A DNA stretch of 64,000 nucleotides from Spirochaetia bacterium (GTDB taxonomy: Bacteria > Spirochaetota > Spirochaetia > UBA9216). A program made the translations under genes and the position numbers. Shown here one piece after another: positions 1 through 9,112 of the stretch (position 1 is its first letter; every line of letters begins with the position of its first letter). The stretch spans positions 1,088,001 through 1,152,000 of the forward strand of contig CAXXYH010000004.1 of NCBI GenBank assembly GCA_963677925.2, written 5' to 3'. Below the pieces are notes generated by a model. That model saw only the letters and a program-made list of their open reading frames with translations. It was not told where the DNA came from and searched no databases.

Positions 1-115
1 TTATGAAAAAGACTGAATTCTATGACCTGGTGAGAACTGAATTGTCAGCGCGTAAAACTTTTCAGGGGCGACTTTTTAAAACTGATCTGCTATAATATTT
101 TTCACGGAGAAGAGA

Positions 116-598
116 ATGGCGGCGAAAAATACACAGATTATTAATATTGTCGAAAGAATCAGCGAACACTACAAGCAGAACATAGGAAACCGCTATCTTA
201 GAAAGGCCTTTAACGACATTACAATTGAAAAGGGCGCCTGGGAAAAGATAGAAAAAATTACCGAGATTTCCGACTACGAGAGGATGCAGGGATACAGCTT
301 TGCCGAACTCTATGATGGAATCTACAATCTGGCTGTTTTTATCAGAAAGGTAAGAAAAGATGTTGCTCCGAACCTCAGGTTTATTCTTGGAAGCAGCAGG
401 GCTAGCGGAAATGAAAAACTGCTGATGGATATGGCAATCTGCAATTTTAATGATAATCTCGGAATTCTTGCCGATATGGTCAACGAGCTTTATATGAAAA
501 CTATAGAGGTGGATAAGCTGGAAGCAAAAGGGCGGATGCCTGTATATTCCAGGATGTCCGAGCTTCAGGAAGTCGGAAAGCTGCTGGTTCCGGAATAA
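116..598 (+). CDS. hypothetical protein
   Basis: 160-aa ORF with a purine-rich RBS (GGAGAAGAG) and a downstream hairpin; no recognised motif. Confidence 0.75.
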   Translation: MAAKNTQIINIVERISEHYKQNIGNRYLRKAFNDITIEKGAWEKIEKITEISDYERMQGYSFAELYDGIYNLAVFIRKVRKDVAPNLRFILGSSRASGNEKLLMDMAICNFNDNLGILADMVNELYMKTIEVDKLEAKGRMPVYSRMSELQEVGKLLVPE

Positions 599-640
599 AA
601 AAAAGCATCTCAGGAAAAGGGTTTTTTCATGAGATGCTCT
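597..640. terminator. hairpin/terminator between convergent genes
   Basis: AGCATCTCA...TGAGATGCT inverted repeat preceded by an A-run (U-tail for the minus strand). Confidence 0.55.
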
Positions 641-660
641 GAAGTTAATGCCGGATTTCT

Positions 661-1986
661 TTAAAGCTTTGCGGCTGCTGCAAATATCCTTGCGTAAAGA
701 TCATCAATATCTTCAATATCGACCGCAGAGAATGCGATTCTGAGATACTTATCCTGAATAGAAATAGTACCGATTCCCTCGCCGTCAAGCAGGTTTTTCC
801 GAAGCTGCTCGGCGCTTCCTTTTTTCATCATGAAACTCATGAAGTAGCCTGAGTTGAAAGGAAGTGCTTCGAGAACAGGATCGTCATTATGCTTTTCAAG
901 AATTCCCTTTATTTTGATATATCGTTCCTTGATCTCTTCTTCGTATGCTGCTTTTTCACTGCCGTAGGACGGGTTCTGCATGGCCTTGATCAGAAGGCTC
1001 TGAGCCGGTCTTGAACAGTTTGATACTGTGCATCTCAGGGATGCTGACAGTTTTGTTTCAATAGCCTTGCATGCCTCTGCACTCATTCCCTTTGCGCCGA
1101 AGGTCACAAAGCCCACTCTGAAACCCCATACAAAGTGCTCTTTTGTGGCACCGTCAACCTTGATCGCAAGGATGTTTTCATGGGCATCATAAAGTTCATT
1201 GAACAGTGAGCTTTTGTACGTATCCTCTTCAAAGAATAGTCCGAAGTATGCATCGTCGGTGATTACAGCAAGCTTGTATCCGTCTTCAGCAAGCTTCACC
1301 AGCTCATTCTTAAGTTCAGCCGCCTCAGCCTTGCTCGGAGAATATCCTGTGGGATTGTTCGGAAAGTTTACTATCATCACAGATTTTTTGTTTTTAGCGG
1401 TTTTCTTGATTGTTTCAACAAAGCCGGCAATATTCAGTCCGCCTTCAGCATTAAAGAATGGAAAGCCTGCTATGGAGGCAGATCTTCTTTCTTCAATCAT
1501 CAGCCTGTAGTTGCCCCAGAACATGTCAGGGATAACAACAGATTCCCCTTCATCCACAAAAAGATCCATAAGCTGGGATATTCCGTTTGTAAGTCCGGGG
1601 ACAACCACCGGATTTGATATCTTCTCAGGGTTTACGGCCGGATTCTTTCTGACCAGATCTTCTTTCCAGAGTTTGATGAGATTTGCGTCTCCTCCGGTCG
1701 GAGCATATGTAACAGCCTCTGCGGGGCTGAGTTCGGGAAGAAGTTTTCTCAAGGATGGTAATTCTATGGCTTCACCCTTGCTGATAGCCATACCGATAGT
1801 CGCATTATAGGTTTTAGCCTTTTTTCCTGCCTCTGCTGACTGGGCTGCAATGCCCGCCGGGAAGTACATCCTTTTCCCGTAGTCGGAAAGCAATTCATAT
1901 GCGCATGTTTTTTCCAGAATCTTATTCAATTCAACTGCCAAGTTATTCATATTACGGAGGATATCTTTCAGGATTTTATTTGTCAA
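661..1986 (-). CDS. PLP-dependent aminotransferase class I/II
   Basis: NFPNNPTG, DDAYFG and DGATKEHFVWGFRVG motifs; true start may be about 1950 (MNNLAVE). Confidence 0.9.
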   Translation of the reverse strand: MTNKILKDILRNMNNLAVELNKILEKTCAYELLSDYGKRMYFPAGIAAQSAEAGKKAKTYNATIGMAISKGEAIELPSLRKLLPELSPAEAVTYAPTGGDANLIKLWKEDLVRKNPAVNPEKISNPVVVPGLTNGISQLMDLFVDEGESVVIPDMFWGNYRLMIEERRSASIAGFPFFNAEGGLNIAGFVETIKKTAKNKKSVMIVNFPNNPTGYSPSKAEAAELKNELVKLAEDGYKLAVITDDAYFGLFFEEDTYKSSLFNELYDAHENILAIKVDGATKEHFVWGFRVGFVTFGAKGMSAEACKAIETKLSASLRCTVSNCSRPAQSLLIKAMQNPSYGSEKAAYEEEIKERYIKIKGILEKHNDDPVLEALPFNSGYFMSFMMKKGSAEQLRKNLLDGEGIGTISIQDKYLRIAFSAVDIEDIDDLYARIFAAAAKL

Positions 1987-2031
1987 TACAAGCCTGATTG
2001 ACTGAATCTCCTTTTATATCTATTGTAAACC

Positions 2032-2400
2032 GTGACTCTAAAAAAACTTAGCTTTATACTTTTTCTTGTCTGCCTTGCTTCAGTAACTGTTCTATCGTTG
2101 ATTCCGTCACCGCCGAAACTTCCCGGCTCGTTTGAATATATAGACAAGGCTGAGCATGCTGCGGCTTATGCTGTTTTGTCGATGCTTTTGTTTATGTCTC
2201 TTCCTGATTTCAGAAAAAAAATCACTGGAGTCCTGGTCTGTGTACTGATGCTTGCAGTTTATGGTATTTTAATAGAATTTATACAGTCTTTTACCGGTCG
2301 AAGTCCGGAGCTGGCCGATTTTGCGGCGGATCTTGCAGGGATAGTACTCGGAATTTTTGCATCTTCTCTTCTGACAAGAGTGTTTAGAGCCGGAACATAA
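2032..2400 (+). CDS. VanZ-family membrane protein
   Basis: DKAEHAAAY ... EFIQSFTGRSPELADFAADLAG pattern with hydrophobic helices. Confidence 0.8.
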   Translation: MTLKKLSFILFLVCLASVTVLSLIPSPPKLPGSFEYIDKAEHAAAYAVLSMLLFMSLPDFRKKITGVLVCVLMLAVYGILIEFIQSFTGRSPELADFAADLAGIVLGIFASSLLTRVFRAGT

Positions 2401-2468
2401 CAAAGGAAATTTTTCTGTGATTGACAGGGACCTCTTTTTAAAATAACATTACGCAGGAGGGTTCCCGG

Positions 2469-4001
2469 TTGAGCGATGGTTCCGGTTTTCTTGATAAAAT
2501 ACTGTCTCTTATAGGAAGATCCGCTGATCCTGAAAAAGAAAAAAAGCGGCTCCTGAAAGAAATTGACAAACAGCTTAAAAAGAGCAAATTCAAGTTTTAC
2601 AAACCTAAATCAGTAGAAGCACTCTCGGCTATGGCGAAGTTCTTTTATGATATTTACCGCGTTGTGGGACCCGCAAAACTTCTCCTCGATCATGCAGAAT
2701 CTTCTGTTGTCCTTAAAACCATTATTATCGAGAATTCTCTCAATGAAAAACAGGTTGAGATTCGCGACAGCTTTGATGAATCTGCTATTCGAGAGACAAT
2801 TAAGCAGAATAACGGCAATATAAAAGCTGTAGCCGATGAGCTTAAAAACAACCTTGTAAATTTCTTCTCATTCTTTGATACAGCGAAGGTGAAGTCTATC
2901 AATTCGACTTATAACCTTATGTCTGTCTTTATTGATTTCATTTCATTTGACTTTTATTTCTTTCTGCGTAAATTCGATTCCAGATTCCCTGAAAATGATT
3001 TCAATTACAGCCCCAGATTCGAAGATATTAACGGAGAATATGTATCCGAAGATCTCAAGGATTTTCTAACGCTGATACCCTTTCTTGAACTGGACGCTGA
3101 CTGGAATAACCTTTTTGACGTTCTAAGCGCATATAAGGGCGCAGAAGTTCTCAACAGAAGCGAATGGACAAAGCAGCTGAGAAAACTAAGGGATATCAGA
3201 ACATCAAAGGTTTTTGAACTGATCATAAAAAGCATTGATAGAAACCCCTCCTACAGCTATCAGGTTTCCCGTCCGGCTAATAGAATTGTTGAGGACTATC
3301 TAACCAAGCTTAAAAGTCAGGCTGAGCTGATAATTCAGAAAATAATGAAAGAGCAGCAGAAGAGTAAACTCGATGACCTTGCGTTCAAGGTTTTTGGAAC
3401 TTCTGCTGTATCAAGAATGAATCACTATACCGAAAAGGCCAACCTTGCATTTGAGAAAAAGATGCTGGGCGGGTTTATCTACATAGCTCCAATGAACTAT
3501 CTGAAAGCTTTCCTTGTCGATTACTGTAAAAAGGATATCAGAGAGGTAAGCGATGTCCTGATAATCAGGGGTAAGTGGACTACAAATATAAACTCGCAGC
3601 AGCTCTCTGAAGCTTTTTACGGACTGATGGCTGTTGCTGATGAGGTTGTCAAGTTTGATGAGAGTCTTTCTGAAGAAGGCGCAAAAGGCGCAGAACTGTC
3701 GAAGCTTCTTAAAAGGCGCGATGCGGATAATTCACACATAGCTAAACTCAGGAAGGAGCTTAAGGACGTAAATCAGGAAGCTGCCCGCATGATAAATGCA
3801 ACCGGTCTTCACCTTATAGCTCTTGCAAAAAGCCTGAAGATGGTGATCGAAGATTTCCATAAAAAGCCGCATGAACTTATCACAAACTGGAAAGAGATTG
3901 AAAATGCGATGGATGGTCTGGTTGATGAGCGTCTTTCGGCTATCTATAAGAAAAGTTACTATTTTGTTCAGCTGCTGCAGCATTACAGCAAGAAAAAATA
4001 A
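2469..4001 (+). CDS. conserved helical hypothetical protein (possibly spirochaete DUF5312-like)
   Basis: 510-aa ORF, AGGAGG RBS, TTGACA...TAACAT promoter-like sequence upstream; family assignment tentative. Confidence 0.7.
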   Translation: MSDGSGFLDKILSLIGRSADPEKEKKRLLKEIDKQLKKSKFKFYKPKSVEALSAMAKFFYDIYRVVGPAKLLLDHAESSVVLKTIIIENSLNEKQVEIRDSFDESAIRETIKQNNGNIKAVADELKNNLVNFFSFFDTAKVKSINSTYNLMSVFIDFISFDFYFFLRKFDSRFPENDFNYSPRFEDINGEYVSEDLKDFLTLIPFLELDADWNNLFDVLSAYKGAEVLNRSEWTKQLRKLRDIRTSKVFELIIKSIDRNPSYSYQVSRPANRIVEDYLTKLKSQAELIIQKIMKEQQKSKLDDLAFKVFGTSAVSRMNHYTEKANLAFEKKMLGGFIYIAPMNYLKAFLVDYCKKDIREVSDVLIIRGKWTTNINSQQLSEAFYGLMAVADEVVKFDESLSEEGAKGAELSKLLKRRDADNSHIAKLRKELKDVNQEAARMINATGLHLIALAKSLKMVIEDFHKKPHELITNWKEIENAMDGLVDERLSAIYKKSYYFVQLLQHYSKKK

Positions 4002-4020
4002 ATAACTGTAATATATTTAT

Positions 4021-6030
4021 CTAATCCATTATCTCTGAAATACCCGTCTTTCCTGCGGGCTTTCTGAACCAAGAGAATATAAACACAATAATCAGGCAGT
4101 TCAGTACCGAGACTGCGGCAAAAATATTCCAGGAAGGGGTACCTGATGCAATACTTCCTATCAGAGAGTATATTTTGATGCTGATGGTGTAGAGACGTTC
4201 CTCATTCAAAAAGATCAGCGGCACCATAAAGGAATTCCAGGCGGATATGAAGGCAGCCATAAAAGAGGTTACTATAACCGGAATGGACAGCGGAACGAGT
4301 ACCTTTATGAGATAACCGAACGGCTTCATTCCTTCCACCAGGGCTGCATCCCTGAAAGAGTCGGGCATACGATCAAGCCATGCTGTGATCGTGAATATTG
4401 CAACCGGAATTGCATGATAGGTACCGATTATTATCAATGGCGTGAAGGAATTAACCAGTCCTGCCTTTCTGAAAATCTCATAAAGAGGTATAAGGGAATG
4501 CATTCCCCCGGCAATACTTATCAGCTGTATTGCTGCAAGAACTGTTCCGGTAAAAATCTTTCCCCTGGTGTTCAGGTACATTGCCGCCGGGAAGCAGACA
4601 AGCGGAGTTAGAATCCCGGTGAGGGCTGAAACAATTATCGTATTTTTAAAGTAGTATATAATGTTATGCTCGCTGAAAGCCTCGCGGTAGCTTTCAATAC
4701 CCGGCGACGGCGGCAGAAACCCGTCTATGAAACAGGCGCTTATACCTGAAAAACTCATCCAAATAAGCAGGTAAATAATTACAGCAGACGAAACAATGAG
4801 CAGGCTTGAGGCTGCCAGCGATATACCGGCTGCAGGCAGTTTAATACGCCGGATTATCGGCTGTATTGAGGTCTTCCGGTTCTCCGGATCTCTTCTGTTC
4901 TGAAGTACCAGCCATACAGCTGTATAGACCGCCGGTATAATACCCGGATCAAAACCTGAAAGGAATCCGTTCTGAGCTGTTTTGATGCAGATAAAAATGA
5001 AATGAATAAAAGATGAAATATAAAAAAGTTTTCTGTTAATAAGGCCGGTAAGATAGCCCAGTGCCGGAAGCACACCTGAAAGACCGGAAAATATCAGCTG
5101 GATTAAGGCTGTGAATAATGAGAGTATTCTGAAGCGGAATGCTGCAGATTTCTTTGATGACCCCGAGATGTACCATACCGCAATAAGTACAATAATCAAA
5201 CCCGCCGTCATTACCGAGTATGCGGATGAAATTCCCATATCCTCTGTTGTATTGAAAATGTCGTAAATAAATACATCGAGGGTTGTGACTGCGCCGATAA
5301 TGAACCGGTCTGTGATACCGCTGAGCAGCGGCGGGCCGCCTGCAGTCATAAGGAAGGGAACCGAAAATTCCTTGAATGCCTTGATGAAATTGAGTATACC
5401 CATGGTAATAAGGACATTCTTAATCTGGGGCATTATGATGTAGAGGGAAACCGTTATCCGATCAGCACCGTCTATTTCAGCAGCTTCTTTCATTGTAACC
5501 GGAATACGGCTTATAGCTCCATGAATTATGAAAACCGTGAACGGCAGTGTCAGCCAGAGGTTAACGATAAGGCATGAGATAAATCCTGCAGCAGGGTCCA
5601 TCATCAGGTTGAAGCTCAGTCCGAATAGTTCCGTGAAGACTGAATTTCCCCCGTTCCCGTGTATAAGGGCCCGCCAGAGCGGTACGGCTATGTAAACCGG
5701 AATACCCCAGGGAATCAGCAGGGCCCCGTAGATTAGTTTTGAAAGTCTCTTTACCGATGACATCATTGATGCAAGAATGAAACCGGTAAAGATGCTTAAA
5801 AGCGCGGAGCCTACCGACCACAGCGCTGTGATATTGATGCTGAGCCTGAACCCGCTGTCCTGTCTGAGAAAGAAATAGTTTTCAAGTCCGGCGAATGTTT
5901 TCTGCCCGAAAATATCATGAAAGAAAGAGGTCTGAAAAGCTTCTATAAAGGGAGCAATCCCCGCCGCTGCCGTAAGAAGCAGGACGGGGATAAAGTAGTA
6001 TATGTTTTTTAATGAGCTGTCTTTATTCAA
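4021..6030 (-). CDS. ABC transporter permease, fused MalF/MalG-type (two TMDs)
   Basis: two EAA loops (MKEAAEIDGA, FRDAALVEGM) and many transmembrane segments. Confidence 0.9.
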   Translation of the reverse strand: MNKDSSLKNIYYFIPVLLLTAAAGIAPFIEAFQTSFFHDIFGQKTFAGLENYFFLRQDSGFRLSINITALWSVGSALLSIFTGFILASMMSSVKRLSKLIYGALLIPWGIPVYIAVPLWRALIHGNGGNSVFTELFGLSFNLMMDPAAGFISCLIVNLWLTLPFTVFIIHGAISRIPVTMKEAAEIDGADRITVSLYIIMPQIKNVLITMGILNFIKAFKEFSVPFLMTAGGPPLLSGITDRFIIGAVTTLDVFIYDIFNTTEDMGISSAYSVMTAGLIIVLIAVWYISGSSKKSAAFRFRILSLFTALIQLIFSGLSGVLPALGYLTGLINRKLFYISSFIHFIFICIKTAQNGFLSGFDPGIIPAVYTAVWLVLQNRRDPENRKTSIQPIIRRIKLPAAGISLAASSLLIVSSAVIIYLLIWMSFSGISACFIDGFLPPSPGIESYREAFSEHNIIYYFKNTIIVSALTGILTPLVCFPAAMYLNTRGKIFTGTVLAAIQLISIAGGMHSLIPLYEIFRKAGLVNSFTPLIIIGTYHAIPVAIFTITAWLDRMPDSFRDAALVEGMKPFGYLIKVLVPLSIPVIVTSFMAAFISAWNSFMVPLIFLNEERLYTISIKIYSLIGSIASGTPSWNIFAAVSVLNCLIIVFIFSWFRKPAGKTGISEIMD

Positions 6031-7417
6031 GAATCAGGGCTGAAATGTTTCTTACCGCCTTGATTCCGGCCGGAACAAGAGCAGCGTCCTGATCCCATAC
6101 GATAACAAGCGGGAATTCACTTTCAGAAAGTTCGCTTTCATCGCCGTAGAACATTGCAATAATTACATCATCGTTTCCTGCAAGTTCAGCAGCATCGAGG
6201 GTAATTGAGTATCCGTCAGCGGCCTGCACGGTTACAGTCTTGTAGCCGGTGTATCTTTCAAGAAGTACGTATACAGGTATGCCGAGGTATTCCACAGCTT
6301 CGCCTGCTTTTCTGTTGAAGTAGGCAACTTTTGTTCGTGAAGTAGTAACGCCGCTCTGAAGAGTCTGCCTGTCCATTACTTCGGTCTTACCGTTCTGTGT
6401 AAGATCGAGACTGAAATCCTTGAAGGCTACATCCTTGATGATAATCTTCTTTACCATTCTTGCAGAAACATGTCCGGTGATATTGGGATTGTTCGGTCCT
6501 ACCTTTACAAGCCGGATATAGCCTGGATCTTCCGGCATGTATTCGCCGTTTTCCTTGAAAGCAAGAATCCAGTCGCCGTCAGAGTTGTCCAGAAGCTGTG
6601 AAGCGCTATAACTCATGGCATAACCGTCCATTGCCTCAATTACTACTGTCATTTCAGGTGTCAGAGATGCATATTCTTCTATAAGATCGACAATTTTTAC
6701 TCCGCCCCAGATGTACTGGAAATTGTTGTCATAGCTGTTGGTGTAGTTTCCCTTGTCTTCAATGTAGTATGGAAGTTTTTCAAGCTCTGCGATTGTCCTG
6801 ACAGCATGATTTCCGCCGATGTCGAGGATTAGTTCAAAATTGTTCTCAGCAAGTGAAACCGGTTTAAGATCAGCTTTGATTGAAGCGAGTTCTTTAACCC
6901 AGAACTGGGTTGAGATGTTTCCGGTCAGCATTGGAGCTACTTTTTCACCCCTCATTGCATCTGCAATGTAGAGATCTTCAACGGCAAAATCTGCAGTATT
7001 GATTGTTGCGGAATAGCCGTCGGAGGCTGTAAGAGTAATCTGATATCCTGATTTCCAAAGTTCAGCATCAAATGCGTAGGGCATTGTTGCATCAGGATCA
7101 TCAACCATGGCAATGATGTTTTTAAAAGGAATGGCCATAAAGCTAGTATCTTCACCCTTAAGCTGGAACATGTATTCACCGTATTCCGAGCCTTCCATTT
7201 CTTTCCATTTTTCGAAATTGGATTCCCAAATTTCGTCTTCCCTGACGCCGCTGATACTGATCATCCATCCGGTTCCCTTGGGGGTTGCATGTGCGACTGC
7301 GTCAGCTTCTGTTTCTTCAATTACAAGTCCTGAGGGGCTTTGTGATGCTGTGGCGCAGCCGCTGATAAGCAGTACGGCAAGCATCAGAACTGATAATAAT
7401 TTTACAGTCAGTTTCAT
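6023..7417 (-). CDS. lipoprotein with three tandem molybdopterin-binding (sulfite-oxidase-family-like) domains
   Basis: lipobox LISGC; repeated ASDGYS/AMDGYA/AADGYS, WGGVKIVDLIE/YLGIPVYVLLE and ILAFKENGEYM..PGYIRLV motifs; no Cys other than the lipobox Cys. Confidence 0.7.
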   Translation of the reverse strand: MKLTVKLLSVLMLAVLLISGCATASQSPSGLVIEETEADAVAHATPKGTGWMISISGVREDEIWESNFEKWKEMEGSEYGEYMFQLKGEDTSFMAIPFKNIIAMVDDPDATMPYAFDAELWKSGYQITLTASDGYSATINTADFAVEDLYIADAMRGEKVAPMLTGNISTQFWVKELASIKADLKPVSLAENNFELILDIGGNHAVRTIAELEKLPYYIEDKGNYTNSYDNNFQYIWGGVKIVDLIEEYASLTPEMTVVIEAMDGYAMSYSASQLLDNSDGDWILAFKENGEYMPEDPGYIRLVKVGPNNPNITGHVSARMVKKIIIKDVAFKDFSLDLTQNGKTEVMDRQTLQSGVTTSRTKVAYFNRKAGEAVEYLGIPVYVLLERYTGYKTVTVQAADGYSITLDAAELAGNDDVIIAMFYGDESELSESEFPLVIVWDQDAALVPAGIKAVRNISALILE

Positions 7418-7431
7418 TCTATCTCCTTTTT

Positions 7432-8904
7432 TTACTGTAAATTGTTATTTATAATCTTCTGAGTCTGTTCCAGGACAGCTTCAGGAGTCATTCTTCCGGA
7501 AAGCGCGAATCTAAGCATTTTCCACATTGTATTCTTATAAATTCCGAAGGCCTGATCCGGGGGAATGATTGTTCCGGTTTCCGATCCGACGGTCAGCTGC
7601 TTCATGTATCTGTTTGCCTCTGCGGCAAGTTCCAGTGCCGCTTCTGATGCGGGTAATTTGGAAACTGCTGCCGTAAATCTCTGCTGAACTCCTGTTCCGC
7701 AGAGATATTCGATAAGTCTGACGGCTGCGGCGGTATTGCGGCTTTTTTTAGGCACTGCAAAACCCTTGAAATCAAGAAGTCCCGAAAGCCGGATTCCGGT
7801 TTCAGAGTTGATCGGCAGAGGTACTGCCTCAAAGGGGATTCCGAGCTTTTCAAAATAGGGAATGCTGTATGAGGCGCTTATGATCATTCCGACATCGCCT
7901 GATACAAACATTGATGTCATTGCATCACGTTCCATCGGCTCCATCAGCCCCCTCTCCTGCAGACTTAGAATATACTTCAGTGATTTGATATTAGCCTCAT
8001 CATTAATAATTACCGATCCGTCGGGTTCAATCAGCGTCTTTTTGCCGAAGCTTATCTGAAAGGGGATAAGAAAAGATGATGAGTAGGCATTCCATGCCGA
8101 CGGAATTATTTCCCGGTTTTTTAACTGCAGGGCGTATGTTTCATAGTCCTTCGTTGTCCAGCTGTTTTTAGGAGTCTCCATCAGTCCGGTGTTGATGAAC
8201 ATCATCTGGGCATCATAGTAAAAGGGAACCGCCCAGGTTTTTCCGTTAAGACTGAAGGCCTCCCTGCCTTCTTTTATAAGTCCTTCAGGATACATGTAAT
8301 CAAGATTCTGTATGCTTTCCGATTTTGAAAGACTTTCCATATATGTCGACTGAACCATTATTAAATCAGGGACGCTTCCGCCTCCGCCTGAAACAGCAAT
8401 GAGTTTGGAGTCGGGCCGGGGCACCGAAACCGTGTTTATGCTTATGTTATGCAGCTCTGCATATCTGCTGATTTCTTCTTTTAGAAGGTCTTCCCCTTCC
8501 CAGTTTGTCCATATTTCAAGCTTTGAAGTAATCAGCTTTTCACCCCGCAAATCGATGCCCTGCACATCCTCTACAGTCCATCCGGGACCTTTAAGTGCCC
8601 ATTCTGAATCTGTCTTGATCAAATATATCCGGGGAAGCTGATCGGCAAGCCGGGTTTCTTTTTTTTCTATCAGGCCGTCTTCTATTGAAATATTCATTTT
8701 CCAGGCGTCATACATGGGAGGGAAGAGTTCATCAATAGATATTCCAACCGCGTTATTACCCTCTGCAGGTACCGGATAGCTTAATGTCTGAAGCTTTTCA
8801 GATGTAAAAGATTTCCATGGTTTTCCATTCAGGGTGAAATCAAGAGCGTTAAGGCTTACGGAGGCTGAGACTAATAAGAGAAAAAGAATCGATTTTTTGG
8901 GCAT
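7432..8904 (-). CDS. extracellular solute-binding protein (family 1) with an extra N-terminal domain
   Basis: signal peptide; GSVPDLIMV, NGKTWAVPFY, FVSGDVGMII and GFAVPKKSRN motifs of sugar-type SBPs. Confidence 0.85.
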   Translation of the reverse strand: MPKKSILFLLLVSASVSLNALDFTLNGKPWKSFTSEKLQTLSYPVPAEGNNAVGISIDELFPPMYDAWKMNISIEDGLIEKKETRLADQLPRIYLIKTDSEWALKGPGWTVEDVQGIDLRGEKLITSKLEIWTNWEGEDLLKEEISRYAELHNISINTVSVPRPDSKLIAVSGGGGSVPDLIMVQSTYMESLSKSESIQNLDYMYPEGLIKEGREAFSLNGKTWAVPFYYDAQMMFINTGLMETPKNSWTTKDYETYALQLKNREIIPSAWNAYSSSFLIPFQISFGKKTLIEPDGSVIINDEANIKSLKYILSLQERGLMEPMERDAMTSMFVSGDVGMIISASYSIPYFEKLGIPFEAVPLPINSETGIRLSGLLDFKGFAVPKKSRNTAAAVRLIEYLCGTGVQQRFTAAVSKLPASEAALELAAEANRYMKQLTVGSETGTIIPPDQAFGIYKNTMWKMLRFALSGRMTPEAVLEQTQKIINNNLQ

Positions 8905-8907
8905 CCC

Positions 8908-9007
8908 ACTTCCTTTCCAAATACGGGAGGCTGCTCTGTTTCCGGAACAGCCCTTCGACCCTCATTCCTTAAATATTGTGATTCTTAGGTATCAGGGTTC
9001 GGAAGAA
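8908..9007 (-). promoter_or_regulatory. Moco (molybdenum/tungsten cofactor) riboswitch motif
   Basis: minus strand reads TTCCGAACCCTGATACCTAAG...GAGGGTCGAAGGGCTGTTCCGGAAACAGAGCAGCCTCCCGTATTTGGAAAGGAAG then ATG; GCCTCCCGTATTTGGAAAGG and the GAAA-capped stem are Moco RNA hallmarks; the RBS lies in the closing stem. Confidence 0.85.
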
Positions 9008-9060
9008 TAACGGGATTATTTTATATTCAATTTATGAAGGGGTCAAGGATTATATAAAAC

Positions 9061-9088
9061 GGGAGCTCCCTGAGTTAAGGGAGCTCCT
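9061..9088 (-). terminator. rho-independent terminator of the acyl-CoA synthetase gene
   Basis: GGAGCTCCCT-N6-AGGGAGCTCC hairpin with an A-run on its left. Confidence 0.7.
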
Positions 9089-9112
9089 GATATAATTAGT
9101 TAGCTGTTAGCT

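Noticed and set aside
8908-9007. Cobalamin riboswitch
   Set aside because: No B12-box (GCCACTG, GGGAAG); the motifs match the Moco RNA instead
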